DNA of 64,000 nucleotides from Eledone cirrhosa (GCA_964016885.1 OZ024741.1:162440001-162504000), one strand, 5' to 3'; counted from the first letter of the stretch, positions 1 through 13,110 are shown. The notes: generated from the letters alone by a model not told the origin. Made by a program: numbers and translations.

Positions 1-480
1 TAGCAACTCAGTTGAGACTGACCCTCATTCTACGATACAAAACTACACATTTTAAAGTATTTTATTTAACCCTTTTGATACTAAACTGCCTGAAACCACT
101 CCTAGTTCTAAGATATAAAGCTGTTTATTTTAAAGTGTAACTAAAACCCTTCTGTGATAATTTTATGAATCTTAAGTTATGTTTGAAACAGCATTTTAAT
201 AATTTCAAAGCTTGTTATATTACTAAATCTGTCCAAGTTCTTGGTTATTTTAAAAACTATATATAGGCAGTGTCCTTCAATAAAAATATAGTAATGAAAG
301 AGTTAAATTCAAACCCGCCGAAAATTTTACATAAAATTATGTTCCAAACTAAAATAATGTTTCGGAAATGGAGAAAATTAATTACTTTATAAAGTTCCTC
401 CAAATTCTTAATTATTTAAAAAGTTAATTGAAACATACAGACAAAGTATTTCGTTAGAAATATGGCCACAAAAGGGTTAA
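1..480. mobile_element. Nested piggyBac-like MITEs (family A): copy 66-306 inserted at a TTAA inside another copy (1-65 + 307-480)
   Basis: TTAA|CCCTTTTGATAC at 66 and GAAAGAG|TTAA ending at 306; outer copy ends AAAAGGG|TTAA at 480; internal sequence shared with many other copies in the window. Confidence 0.7.
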
Positions 481-1088
481 ATACTTAGAGATAGATAGTT
501 GTTTGTTATTGAGAAATTTCTAGTGCATGAGGCAACAGTTTTGTGGCATGAAGAAGATAGGGCTCTCTGGAAGGCATGGCTGAGAACTGTCCTCAAAACC
601 CTCACAGGAATAAGTTGTGTTGGGGGAGGAGGAGTAAACAATGACGAGAAGAAGATGAAGAAGGAGAAGATGAAGAAGGAGAAGGTGAAAAAAGAAGATG
701 ATGAAAGACTATTTAGGGTGAAAAAAATAGTTTGCTACAAGATAGTTCAAATATATGGTTTTTCAATGTGTTTATGAACTGACATCAACAAGGAATTTTA
801 CTTATGAAAAAAACCCCCCAAAACCAGTCATCCTAGGACTAATTTCAACCACCAACCAAAAATAATGGGAACAAGAAGAACTAACAAAGGAACCTCAGTT
901 GCTCAATCAATTTGAAACAGCAGCCAGATTCACTCAAATCACACCCTGTTGTAATCCAAACTAAATAAAATAAAAAAAACAACAAAAACAAATGAACAAA
1001 TAAACAAAAAACTGGATGGTCATGGCTAGATTCTTTTCATTATAAGTATACTCAATCAGAACTGACTTGGTGTTTTTACCATTTCAAT

Positions 1089-1394
1089 ATGTTATGGTAT
1101 GGTATGTCCTGTAACTCCCGATAGAGTTGTAGGGGCGCTATATTGACATACAGCATTTCTTGGGCATTTTAAGACTGGTTGAGCCCATCCCCGAGGCCTG
1201 AGTACAGCAGATTTCTTTCAGAGAGAGGAAGAGTCAATCCCAGTACTAGACTGGTACCTTTTTTTTTATTGAACTCAAAAGAATGACGGACAAAGTTGAC
1301 CTTGAAGGGATTTGAACTCAAAGAGCAGAGAACCGGAAGGAATACCATAAAGCATTCTATCTGACATTCTAATGACTCTGCCAATTCACCGCCT
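1089..1394 (-). mobile_element. tRNA-derived SINE (family S1), variant with alternative 3' tail, inserted in an unclassified repeat (895-1435)
   Basis: Reverse complement carries the GAGTTCAAATCC B box and the GTCAACTTTG..CATTCTTTTGAGTTCAATAAA core; tail resembles 44745-44860. Confidence 0.6.
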
Positions 1395-1854
1395 CAATCA
1401 GAGCTGACCTAGGGATATATGACAGCAACAACAATGATTAAAATGGTTTAGATATTTCATGATGCAATAAGTTTCATGATTTGTTTTACAGTTTGAAATT
1501 AAATGCCATGTAGGCTAATTGAATTTCTATTATCTGTTATAAACCTATCATTAGAATTATTACTTTCATGGCTGTATTTCTAATGAGTAGACTGTGCATT
1601 GCGTGCGTATGTGACAATAGTAGGTTACATTTCTGCACCTAGATATCTGAAATTTTGCATAGAGACATACCTTTTCAAGGAAAAAGATCATGAGCTATAT
1701 AACATTTTCATTCTTTTTAGTTCCAGATAGAAAAATTAAGAAGGTTGCAACTTTCCAAGTATTGCGATAGACATTAGTAAAATAGTACTCACAAAAAGTA
1801 TCTCTGACTTAGTTTTCTTAACTCTTCCTTCTCTCATTCTTTTTTTCCGACTAA

Positions 1855-2172
1855 TTAAGATCTCCTTCGGCCACAAATGACCAAGGGATTTATTTGCACC
1901 TATAAACTTCCCCTGTGAAGCACAAGTCTGGCCAAGGTTGTTTGAAGACCAGCAGTCGCCTATGCATACCAGTCTCCCCTCTTCACACCACTAATGTTGT
2001 CCAAGGGAAAAGCAATAGCCGATACAGCTTGGCACTAGTGATGTCACATCTCATTTCTACAGCTTAGTAAACTGGAGAAACACAAAAAGTGTCTTGCTCA
2101 AGGACTCAATGCATCACCTGGTTGGAGGCTCGAACTCACAGCCTACTGATTGCAAGCCCAATGCTCTAATCA
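1855..2172 (-). mobile_element. tRNA-derived SINE (head/core shared with family S2, different 3' part)
   Basis: Minus strand has a GAGTTCGAGCC B box, CCTTGAGCAAGACAC core and GCTGTAGAAATGAGATG, as in 6767-6915. Confidence 0.65.
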
Positions 2173-3293
2173 CTTTATCAAGCATTAAATTAATATATAT
2201 TATCATTGTATTGTATTTGTTCTCCCATGTTTTTTTTCCTTGCTGACTTTTCATACATATATCATTTTAAGTACACTTTTCTATGATGGCATGGTTGGAC
2301 AGGGTCTTTTTAAACAATGCTTTTACAGCCAGATGTTCTTCCTGATGACCTTTTAGTCATGGATAAATACAATGTTTTAAATAAATAGATTTTAAAAATA
2401 AATATGTAGAGTTTTGTTCTCTTTAAATTGATTTACACATGCATGTTTAATTTGTATATATATGTACATATTTTAGGTTTAGTTCCCACTTCTGTTATAG
2501 CAGTAACAAGCTATGTGCATATGCATACACACACATGCCCCCACACACCCACAATTGTGTATGTGTAGGAGCAAGAGAGTGGGAGGGAGAATATGCTAAA
2601 TATTTCCTATATAAGTAACTTCATATAAGCCTTTCCCATGTTTAAAAAGTTTAAAAATAATCCCTGAGGTTACACAACTTTAATTCTTAGTGGGGTGTGA
2701 CAGTTATTTTATCAAGTGCTACGTCAATGTTGATACCCAACACCAATAAATAACCACTATGTTTATCCCATTACTTACTATATCAGGTGGAATTCAGCTG
2801 GATATAGAAAACTATATTTTATGAGCAGGTGATTAGAAAAAATTCAAATATATCATATCAGGGTAAGCCATAAATTAGAAAAAATAATTTATTTTAATTT
2901 TTTTATCATTATAAGTTATTTCTTCTTTATTTTCTTCACTCACATGCAGGTCAATATTCTGATGGCTTTAAAAGCTTACTTCATTACTATCCCATTTTTC
3001 TGTCTTTCTCCTGAAAGCTCATATATAACTTTCTAAAATTATGTACACTTTATTCAGTTTAGTATAATACTTCAACTACTCTCCCTTTCCTCAATATTTG
3101 TACTGAGACTAGCAGATGACAGAATCAGCAGAGCACTTTACAAAATGCCTTGCAGTATTTCATCAATCTCTATTATGTTCTGAGTTCAAATCCTGCGATG
3201 CCCAACTTAACCTTTCATGCTTTCAGAGACAATAAATATAATACCATTCAAGTCCTGAGGTTGTTTCTTCTTTCTCTGCTTTTTGTTAATGAT

Positions 3294-3532
3294 TTAACCC
3301 TTTTGTTACCATAGTTCTAATAAAAGACACTGACCATCATTTAAAAAAAAAAAAAAAAAAATTAAGAATTTGGAAGTATTTTGAAATTTAATTTTCTCAT
3401 TATTAAGCAGATGTTTGGAACACAACCAAAGATTTACATAAAAATTGTCATGGGAGGTTTTTAGATAAATATAAACACTTTAAAATATACAGCTTTGTAT
3501 CATAAAACCAGGGACAGTTTCAAAAGGGTTAA
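3294..3532. mobile_element. piggyBac-like MITE family A
   Basis: TTAA|CCCTTTTG ... CAAAAGGG|TTAA: terminal inverted repeats (TIRs) plus TTAA on both sides. Confidence 0.75.
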
Positions 3533-3821
3533 TCACTAATCTTAGGAAGCAAAAGAAAGGAATTTAGGTTATATTTTAAGATGATACCCTCATCTCATCA
3601 ATTCTATTGATAGTGTATTTCCTATGTTAGCAAATGGATCATTCTACAAACAAACTGTTGTTTTGAGAATGCAGATAGCCAAGTTAATAGAGTTTTGGAC
3701 AACAGATGAAAAGCTTGACAGTTCATAGTCTTCCATAAAAAATGCACTATGTTTCTTGCCAAGACCCTTAACTCTCAAATAGCTCAGTTCACCTAGCTGT
3801 TAATAAGTATGGCAAGAAGTG

Positions 3822-4552
3822 TGGTGGATTGGAAGAATTTGTGGCGTGTTGGATACAATGCCACTGCAGTATTTTCCTGGCCTTTTACATTCTGAGTTCA
3901 AATCCTGCAATTATAAAATTTGCCTTTCATCATTCTGGTGTCAATAAAATATAGTACTGGGGTTGATTTAATCAACTTTGCCCTTCTCCTGAATTTGCTG
4001 GCCTGGTGCCTAAATTAGAAATAATAAATAAGGCAAGATAAGAATAACCAAATATTGTAAGAAGCAACACTGAAAGATTGATGAGTGTTTTGTTAGTTTG
4101 CAGTGCTAAGTTGACCTGAACCTGTGAGTATAGTCTAGAGAGAGATTGGCACTGCCAGATGACTTCTTTTAGATACTACATTGCATATAAAGGACATAGT
4201 ACAGACTGTAGCTCTTTTTCACCACTCCTTTCCAAGAGAGTCAATAAAATAATGTACCAGTCAAATACTGGGGTTGATTTAATCGACTTTCCTCTCCATA
4301 AAAATTACTGACCTTGTGCCTAAAGTAGAAATCATTATTACATCAGGAAGTTATGGAGGTGGATTGGCAGGATTGATAAAGCATTGAACAAATTCTTTAT
4401 GTTTTATATGTTCTCTATATGTTCTGCCCACTAATTCTAGCAAGGTTAACTTTGCCTGAGACCAATAAGATAAAATACCAGTCAAATACGATGGTAATTG
4501 AGTTTCCATTCTTCCAAAATTGTTGTCCTTATGCCTAAATTAGAAATCATGA
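3822..4552 (+). mobile_element. Cluster of three decayed S1 SINE copies (about 3822-4026, 4230-4340, 4357-4552)
   Basis: GGTGGATTGG heads, TTCTGAGTTCAAATCC, TCAATAAAATA..GTAC core and GTGCCTAAATTAGAAATC tails. Confidence 0.6.
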
Positions 4553-4579
4553 TTACACTAACAGTTGATGAAAACTCCA

Positions 4580-4786
4580 TAAACCCTTTAGCATTTAAAC
4601 TGGCCATATCTGGCCAGAATTCTCTCACCTCTTTCTGTTACTCATACTGATGTTAAGGTATTGTTCTCAAAATAAATAATATCTAATTCTCGTAAATTCA
4701 ATATTGTGAGATAATTATGTGAGATAAAGTGTTTAACATGAAAATACAATAGTAAATATAGAGTAATGTAAATACTAAAGGGTTAA
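4580..4786. mobile_element. piggyBac-like MITE family B
   Basis: TIRs CCCTTTAGCATTTA / TAAATACTAAAGGG, then TTAA; homologous to 19247-19434, 27720-27930 and 58693-58896. Confidence 0.75.
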
Positions 4787-5428
4787 AGTATATTTTCGGC
4801 ACAGTTGACACAACACACAATACTGATGTAAAAAGATACCAGATACCTTCCCCAAAATTTGAACTGGTTCACTGAAGCAATTACTGCTCATCTTTCTTCT
4901 TTGAGGCAAATAGCTAGCAGATTAATTACTATTGGAATAATAATATCCATATTTTTTACTATACATGCCGTTGTTCAATGTACATAAATTTTATTTCATG
5001 AGAATGTAGTCTCCATAGTTTTGATGTTTTTGTTAGTCTGTTTTATCAATGACCTCCCTTTATTCTGTACAGAACTTAGCTGTTTTTCACCCCACCCACA
5101 AAAAACAACTTATTTCTAAACATATGCATGTTGTATGACACAACTAAAAAGGTTGGCACCAGGAAGGGCATTAAAACAACCCCCATGATTAGTATGAAGT
5201 CGGCAAAACTATCCCCAGCTTCAGTAAGGAACAATGGCTCAAAAACATTTGCTGCTGCTACCATTTATAAACACTTATTTTTCATGAACGACTTTCATTT
5301 AATGGAAGAATCATCTTGTACCTTAAAACTAAGTTATCTTCAGCAATTTCTTCTGAAATTTCAATGCAATCAATAAAGCCAAAATGGTTTTAAAATGGTT
5401 AACCTGTTTCAAAATGGTTTTAAAATGG

Positions 5429-6133
5429 TTAACCTGTTTCATAGCAAACTGCTCGCAATCACCTCTTGTTCTATGAAACAAAATCACAAGTTTAAATTAA
5501 AATCTTCCAACATAATTTTATATGAAAAATATTTGTTACAAATATTATCTTAAATAATGAAATAATCAATAATTTTAGTAAATCCCTCTAAACCAGCGGT
5601 TCCCAACTTTTTATAATAAATTCCACCTTAATGATATAGCAAAACAGTATGGCCCCCCCCAAAAAATTAAAATTTTTGATATAATTTTTGTATGTAGAAA
5701 TAATTTCAGCATGTCTTTTTATTTCAGTCAAAGTAATTTTGTCAATGAGAAATTTACTAAAATAAATCATATATATCCTGTTATAAAAATAAGTTTCTTT
5801 ACTAAGTTTATTTACTAAAACATAAATTGTTATATCCAGATTTAAATAATTATCAAGTGAAGTAAAATCATAATTAGAAAAGGTAGAAAGTTGATAAAAA
5901 GTTGCATATAAAAATTTGAAGCAAGAAAAAGAAAAAAATTATGTTAAGAAACTACTCTTCTTTTTTATGTATGAAATTTTGTGATTTTTAGTTAATTCCC
6001 TCCCGTGGCTCCCCCAATAACTTGCTATGGCCCATTGGTGGGCCATGGCCCCCTGGTTGGGAACCAATGCTCTAAACATTAAAATATTGAAATACAGTGT
6101 ATTTCATTATAAATACAGTAATGAAAGGGTTAA
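5429..6133. mobile_element. Family A MITE interrupted by a hAT MITE
   Basis: Starts TTAACC at 5429 after a 30-bp tandem duplication (5381-5440); ends GAAAGGG|TTAA at 6133. Confidence 0.6.
5594..6069. mobile_element. hAT (Charlie-like) non-autonomous element
   Basis: TIRs CAGCGGTTCCCAAC / GTTGGGAACCAATG; perfect 8-bp TSD CTCTAAAC at 5586-5593 and 6070-6077. Confidence 0.9.
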
Positions 6134-6766
6134 GATTATTTTTAATGCCCAAAACAAAGTTTTGCCTTGAGCAATGAACATCATAAGACTATGACCAAAG
6201 TTTATCTCAGATAAAATATTGTTCTCCATATTGAGTCTGGTGGGAACGTAATGCTATTTCAGTTGGCATAGTCCTTCACAATATTTTCTAATTCCAACTT
6301 CACTGATCTTCTTACCTGGACTTGATGTGGGCTGTAACTGAACTTGATTTGAGAACAATCTTTCCACAGAATTACATCCCTCTAACTCTTTCACTGTCTA
6401 TGTCTTAACATTTTCATATTTTAATGAAATACTCTGCCTATGACTTTCTATATATATTAATAATATTACATGTAATAAATATGCATGTATACACATGAAT
6501 GTGCATATGTGCATATACATATTCATACACACACAAACACAAACACAAATATGAATGCACACAAAATGCATGTACACAAACACATACATGTGTCTATGTA
6601 TGCATTCACAGACATACTAACAGGTATCCACTCACATATATACAGAGATGCACTTGTCTACATGTACAGACATGCATACACACCATACATATTTACAAAC
6701 AAGTATGCATCTGCACACATACTCACAACCCCACACATTCCTACATATAGATATACACACACATTA

Positions 6767-7112
6767 TGGAGGCACATGGCTTAGTGGTTAGAACATTGGC
6801 CTTGCAATCGAAAGGTTGTGAGTTCAATTCTCAGACCGGGTGATGTGTTGTTTCCTTGAGCAAGACACTTTATTTCACATTGCTCCAGTTTACTCAGCTG
6901 TAGAAATGAGATGCTAGGGACTGGGGTCCCTATCATTCCACTGTAAAGTGGTCGTGGAGGTGCCACGAGATAAAAGCACCCAGCACTCACTGTAAATGAG
7001 GTTGGTGTTAGGAGGGCATCCAGCTGTAGAAATCAAGCCAGAATCAGTTCCCATCCCACCCTTGCAAGCAGGGAAAAGCGGACTTAAAATGATGATGACG
7101 ATGATGATGATG
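6767..7112 (+). mobile_element. Full-length tRNA-derived SINE (family S2) with RTE-type tail
   Basis: A box TGGCTTAGTGG, B box GAGTTCAATTC, CCTTGAGCAAGACAC core, (GAT)n tail; closely similar to 49608-49937 on the other strand. Confidence 0.85.
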
Positions 7113-7699
7113 CAAATATATACACACATTGAAATAGTAATAATTTGAATTACAGATACAAAAGATGAAATAAATTTAAATGTAAAAAAAATAATCTAAC
7201 TTTTGTGATACAGTATTCTAATGAAATACATTGTGATTTTGAATTTATTTTGAAAATAATAGCAAATTTGGAGGAATTTAATAAAATAACTAAATAACTA
7301 AGTTTTTCACTAGTAAGATGTTTGGAACATATCAAGTCCAAATATTCAAAAATTAACTGCTTTACATCATAGAATTAGGGTGGTTTTGGCAGGTTGGTAT
7401 ATAAAGAGTTAAACATGTTTTGAGTGCAGACAGGGGGTAGGAGACAAGCTAGACCAAGAGAATTAGCTTTCAACCTGCTATCAGTGCAATGTTTGACTAC
7501 CATTAAAATAACCCCCATGATAACAACAGCTATGTGAGTGATGAACTACAGCTGTGAGAGGTTACAGGCTACACATTACATTCTGAAATATGGCCGATAA
7601 GAGATTTACTGATGATGAGAACTACATTTACTTACAGAAAGTAAGTTTTCTGTCTTTCCTCTTCTTTTTTTTTTTAAATATGAATAGAAAACAGTGAAA

Positions 7700-8122
7700 T
7701 AATGATTTCTACTTTAGGCACAAAGCCAGTAATTTTGGGGAAGGAGGAGAAAACTGATTAAATTGACTCTAGTATTTGACTGGTACTTTATTTTATCAAC
7801 TTTGGAGAGCTGACAAGCAAAATGGACTTCAACAGGATTTGAACATAGAATGTAAAGCCATAACCAAATAATTGCTTCTACTTTTGGCACAAGGCCTGCA
7901 ATTACTCAATATATTACTGGTACTTTATTTTATTGACGCCGTAAGGCAAAGTTAACCTCGGCGGGATTTGAACTCAGACCATAAAGGGCCATAACTCTTT
8001 GCTGCAAAACATGGCGTCAGACCCTCTACCGATACTGCAAATCCACCACCCTTAAAGGCCATAACCAAATAATAATAAGCATTTTGTCCAGTGCTCTAAC
8101 AATTCTGCCAATTCACTGCCCT
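7700..8122 (-). mobile_element. Old S1 SINE with a younger S1 copy (about 7873-8052) inserted into it
   Basis: Duplication TAAAG(G)CCATAACCAAATAAT at 7853-7872 and 8053-8073 flanks the inner copy; the outer halves are contiguous S1 sequence. Confidence 0.8.
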
Positions 8123-8139
8123 ATTTATAATTTAGGCCA

Positions 8140-8635
8140 ATAATCATATAGTTAGAGATTTGGACTTATCATAAAGCTGTGGTTCTGATTCCTGAATTGG
8201 GTGTTGCATTGTGTTCTTGAGTAAGACATTTATATTGCTTTTCATGTTAAGATTCAGGCCCCTATCATTAAAGCCCCTGAGAAATCTCCAATGAGATACA
8301 ACCTTGTAGAAGACCACATAGGTGTGAGCTGTAACAACAACATAGTAGGATTGGGGCTCACTATCATTAAAAAATGTGAGAAAACTTATGAGACTAGCTA
8401 AACCTACATAGGTGTGAACTGTAAAAACAACATGTGAGGACTGGGACCCACTATCATTAAAACACCAGAGAAACCTCTTATGAAATGTAATCTCATAGGA
8501 GACTAGCTAAACTTACATTGGTGTAGGTGAGAGTTGTAATTTTCATAAGTGGTGAGAGAGAAGATATATTAGTAGTTGCTTGTAAAACTGTCACCTTTAG
8601 TTCTTCAATAAATACTTAAATGAAATGAAAAATAA
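8140..8635 (+). mobile_element. Decayed SINE-like element with three internal ~90-100 bp repeats
   Basis: Degenerate tRNA-like head with TTCTTGAGTAAGACA; CTATCATTAAA...ACAT(A/T)GGTGT recurs three times; AATAAA and (AAATG)n tail. Confidence 0.5.
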
Positions 8636-9090
8636 AAATCTAAATGTCATTTTCAATATAAAATTTTTTTAATATCAGCTTTACTGTGGAGGACACTGAT
8701 AATATATATATTGTTTAAAGAATGGGGGTGGTGGAAAAAAGTCCAGATTAAAAACTTCCAGCCTCATCCATCACATACCATTCTTTGCTATATACATATA
8801 TACATTAGGCACAAAAGCCTCTACATGTTTACTTGATATGCTAGATATAGCAGCCAAACTTTCTTAAAATCCTGAGCCAAGGAATGAATTATATTTATAT
8901 GGACATGTAATGGGTCTGACAGAAATAGCAGCAGAATCTCCCTCAAATTCCTAAGCTAATGAAGGCACCTTAATGCTATTGCTCAACCTGGTAGAAATAG
9001 AAACCAAATTTCACTCTACAATTTAAAAAAGGAAGACCATATCAGATGATGTAGCTCTAGATATACAAGAAGGGAGGCTGTTCATGTATG

Positions 9091-10312
9091 ATAATAATAA
9101 TAGTATTGTATTGATTATAATAATATTGATAATAATAATAATAATAATAATGCTTTCTTTATTAACCACACAAAGTAGACATTAAAGGCAGTACAGGACA
9201 ATACAGGATGGTACAAATGGGCATTTCTGCGTGTAGAAAAAAAAAAAACAGAGGATGTAACAAAAAAAGAACAATGAAAAATTCCCCAATAGACTTCCGA
9301 GGGCCATCGTGGAGAAAGCCCATTAAAAAAAGCCACGGTGACCCTGACCACCAGGGCAAGTGCCCTCTCCCAGTTTTCCACCTTCAATTTACAGGCATAT
9401 ACTCAGAGTAGGTCCATTCACACGGGCCATTCTTGCCTCTCTCACCCATCTTTCAACAAAATACTGGGAAGAGAGCACTTCCCTCTCTACCCTGATTTTC
9501 CTTTTCAAATGAAATTTGAAAAAGTTAATCAGGGCATCACCGAAGAGGTAAGTGCTCGTCTTCAGCCCTTTCAGACGCGTCCACTATACTATCTCTTTCG
9601 CCATGGCCACCAGACAGATAAAAATTGCCTGCCCTTCCCGGCTAAAGGAAGAGGGCGGGGCAATCCTCACGATGGACTCAGCTGATAGCCGGATCTGTTC
9701 TACACGCAACAGCAGGTGTTCGACATAAACCCACAAGTCAGCAATGCTCGGACACTGGACGAGTGCATGCAGGACAGTTTCGTCGCCCTGCGCGCATCTC
9801 GGACATGCCCGGCTGACGGCACCTCTATGTCTGTAGAGTTTATCCTGAACTGGCAAAGCTCCTCGGTAGCACTGCCAGGCCAGGAATTTCTGGAAATTGT
9901 CCATAGGCCCCGGCCCGAAAGTCCTTCCGAAGAGATTGGCTAGTTGATTTTCGTTGACACCTAGAGTTTCCCCAAGTACGTCGTCGCTCTTCCCCCTCCA
10001 CTAATCCTCTATAGAACGCCAAGCTGGAGTTTCCACCGATCATATTTCCCGACTGGTCGAGGGCCGTGAGCGCCTGAAGACATTCCAGTCTCCAAGCGCT
10101 CCCTCTTGGTGTTCGCTTGACCCAGGACTGGAGCTCCGTCAAGGAGACAAGCTGGGGAAAGATGCATCTAGCAAACAGTGACCATACCTGATCACCGTCG
10201 AAGAAGAGGTGGAGATGTCGTAGCCTGAGCGCGTGTCTGTGCATCATCAGCCACGGCATGTCCAGCCCTTCACGTAGCAGGTGTTGACAGCAACTAGTCA
10301 TAGTAAACCTGC
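9091..10312 (-). mobile_element. 5'-truncated Tx1/L1-clade LINE, ORF2 C-terminal region (zf-RVT), pseudogenised
   Basis: AWQCYRGALPV..KL and CPRC-x4-ETVLHALVQC (CCHC finger); frameshift near 9900-9960; TAG at 9584 where the paralog at 21743 has Trp; natural stop at 9389; AATAAA then (ATT)n tail. Confidence 0.85.
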
Positions 10313-11509
10313 CAAACAAGGATCAGGAGGACTTTTCAGTTGTGTCAAAGACATGACAGCCTCTGTAGTGTTGGTGCCACAATAAAATGCAATTGGTAGA
10401 CTGCAGGACCATATGTAAGAAAGATGAGAGCCCAAAGTCCATCTGAGAGGTCAGTAGTTCTAGTTGAGTACCGACTTGGTCTGTGAAGACCTATCCAACC
10501 ATTGCTAGCAGGGAGAGGTTGACTTTGCCTTTCATCCTTACGGGGTCGATAAAATAAAGTACCAGTAATGCACTGGATAATTGCTGGCCTTGTGCCAAAA
10601 GAAGAAACAATTATTATTGTTAAAGAAATGGGTATTATTATTAATTAATTAATAAAGTATTTGAAAAACAGCACAAGAAATTGTAAAAAAAAAGGAAATA
10701 GGGAAGAATGTGTGGCAATAGCAATGATTGGCTGCATGCATGGAAGAATGGTTAAAAGCCAAGTGAGCAAGGTAATTAAGAGAACGTGAAAGTAGTTGAG
10801 GAAGTTATGTAAGCAGATGTAAAGAAAAAAAATAATAAAGTCTTGTGTTGTGTGAAAAATGTTGAGAAATACATAGTATGAGGAACATTTCATACAGATG
10901 ATCTTCCGTAAAACATAAGAACTGACAAACAGTTGAAAAATAGGTGAAACTGTAGAATCCAAGCAGAAGCTAGAGATGGTCTGCCTTGCCAAATAGTCAT
11001 TTGAAGTGCAGAAAGTTCCAAAGTGGAATAAATTATTTGCTATGAGGAAGAGGAGAAAAACATCTTGCGCAAGATTCTATGTTGGAGAGATGACATTTTT
11101 ACTTGAAAGATAGCTTGATCTTCCAAATGTCTGAGATGAGCTATTTGTAATAACTAATATAAATTATAACTTCATCTTATAAATTACCTTTATATTTAGA
11201 GATGAAAAATGTATTAATGTTTACTTTACTTACATGTAAATGTCAGCACCAATTTTATGTTTATTTTTCTATGCTAGTATAGGTTGGATGAAAGCTTTTG
11301 AGGCATTGTTTTAAGGGTGGATACCTTCCGTAATGCAAACTCTACCTTGGTATAGATGTTTGCATGCCTAACTGCTGAGTAGTGGGACTTCTGTTTATGT
11401 GGAATTGCAAACAAATATCACTGCCTGAGCTAGAGTGTATACAAAGAAAGGTAAAGAGTTGGAGACAAATAGGCACACTTATATGCACATGCACACACAC
11501 ACACACACA

Positions 11510-11672
11510 CATGATGGGCTTTGTACAGTTCCTATCTACCAAATTCATCTATAAGACATTGGTCAGTCCAGGTCTGTGGTAGGAGAAACTTGTCCAAGGT
11601 GTCACACAGTGGGTCAGAACCCAATACTAGATGGTTATGAAACAAACCTCTTAACCACATAGCCATTCCTGC
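11510..11672 (-). mobile_element. tRNA-derived SINE (family S3), decayed
   Basis: Minus strand ATGGCTATGTGGTTAAGAGG..GGTTCTGACCCACTGTGTGACACCTTGGACAAG; relatives at 16335-16490, 31823-32160 and 57615-57750. Confidence 0.6.
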
Positions 11673-12128
11673 ATCTTGTAAGTATTTAAAAACACTTTCC
11701 ATCTCTATAGACTAAGTCAATACTCTGGAAAGTTACTAAACTTTTGTTATTCGAACATCAATTATCCAAATTTTGAATTCATAAGTTTTTTTGCATCCAT
11801 TTCTTCATACTTGCATAACGATCATCTTCCATGCACATCACGTGCCTCTACCAGCAGTCTTCTCTTTTGCACACTATATGTTTGATTCCTCTTATATTTA
11901 TTTTCTCTTTCAGTTCATCGATGTTGTATGTAACCCAAACTTAAGAATAATACTGGTGCTACTATTGTCTTTTGTCTACAATAATTGAATTTGAATCAGT
12001 GAAGAACATAAACATTTTACTTCAAAAAGATGTTATCAACACTGGGTTGATGATTGCATCTTTTGTTAACAGCTATCCTATGTCCATTGGTCCATTAGTT
12101 TGATCTGATTCAGTTATCTAAAACAGTG

Positions 12129-12379
12129 TTAACCCTTTTGACAACAAACCACCTGAAACTGTTCTTGCTTTTATGATGCAAAACTGTTTGTTTTAAATTG
12201 TTTATATTTATCTAAAAACCTTTCTATCATAATTTCATACAAGGACCTTTGTTATGTGCCAAACGCCATCTTAATAACAAGAAAGTCGTCGGATATATTA
12301 CTAGACCCCTCCAAATTCTGGATTATCTAAAAATTATAACCAGTGTCTTTCATAAGAAATATGGTAACGAAAGGGTTAA
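12129..12379. mobile_element. piggyBac-like MITE family A
   Basis: TTAA|CCCTTTTG ... CGAAAGGG|TTAA. Confidence 0.75.
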
Positions 12380-12516
12380 ATAATTTGAATACAAAAATAT
12401 GCCTGATATGCTGAAAGATTTAAAAGCATAGTAAAAGTAAGTGTTGCTTTGATTCATTCTATAAGTTTGTTCCAAGTGTGTATCAGTTGCATGTAATTGT
12501 GATTGTTGCTGTTACC

Positions 12517-12633
12517 ATGTCAGTGGAGAGAAAGTGAAGACCATTGACAACTGAACAGAAAGATGAGATCTTACAGTGCCTAGATCATGGTGAACAGGCA
12601 TCCTAGAGTGCACAAGAGTACATCATTTGAAAA
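12517..12633 (+). pseudogene. Remnant of Tigger/pogo transposase N-terminus (CENP-B_N / HTH_psq)
   Basis: Translates MSVERK*RPLTTEQKDEILQCLDHGEQAS*SAQEYII*K, matching the KRKRxxLTxxxKxEIxxxLxxGExxxxxAxEYxxG pattern, with three stops. Confidence 0.7.
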
Positions 12634-12885
12634 CTCATAAAACTTCTATAAACATGTTTTTATCTAACTATGTTCACTATGGCTTAGTTTGTTTACAATG
12701 ATCCATTATCTAAATAATCAGTTATTCAAACATAATACTCATCATTAATTTCATTCAGATAATTTAGGTATAACTAACAAGATCTAACTTTAGTAATAGG
12801 TTTACCTGAAACAGTACATGAACAGCACTGAATTAAATCATAGTAATGTGTTAATGGATAAAGGTATATTTCTCCATTTGCCAAG

Positions 12886-13110
12886 CTCAGTATGGAAGAG
12901 GTTTGTCTTACAGATAAGGCTAATGACATATGGTCAATATGGAAGAGTTGCTCTGATTACTAAGACTGGTGTCATATGATCAGTATTGAAGAGTTAGTTT
13001 TATTGCTAAGACTAATGACATATGATTAGTATGGAAGTAGTTGACCTCATTACTAAGACGTGTCATATGATCAGTATGGAAGTGATTGACCTTGGTACTA
13101 AGTCTTGTGT
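12886..13110. repeat. Minisatellite, ~46-bp unit, about 5 copies
   Basis: CATATG at 12927, 12973, 13019 and 13064, each followed by (A/G)TCAGTATGGAAG...ACTAAG-like sequence. Confidence 0.8.

Noticed and set aside
6316-6397. Possible minus-strand exon TVKELEGCNSVERLFSNQVQLQPTSSP with GTAAGA donor
   Set aside because: Acceptor lacks a pyrimidine tract, the peptide is not recognisable, and no compatible partner exon was found.
6398-6784. His/Thr/Cys/Val-rich ORFs (also 13329-13571, 16413-16817, 27132-27591, 30602-30887, 63642-63987)
   Set aside because: Derived from (CA)n, (TA)n, (GA)n and (CAC)n low-complexity sequence.
6767-6845. tRNA gene
   Set aside because: Has A and B boxes but no acceptor stem or T-run terminator, and continues into a SINE body.
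7590-7640. Possible plus-strand exon MADKRFTDDENYIYLQK before GTAAGT
   Set aside because: Too short, no recognisable homology and no downstream exon identified.
9584-10319. Functional CDS
   Set aside because: 5'-truncated LINE ORF2 with a frameshift and a premature stop.
11731-12780. Complete Tigger element boundaries around the transposase remnant
   Set aside because: TIR-like TTATTCGAAC / TTCAGATAAT motifs are too degenerate to define ends or a TA TSD.
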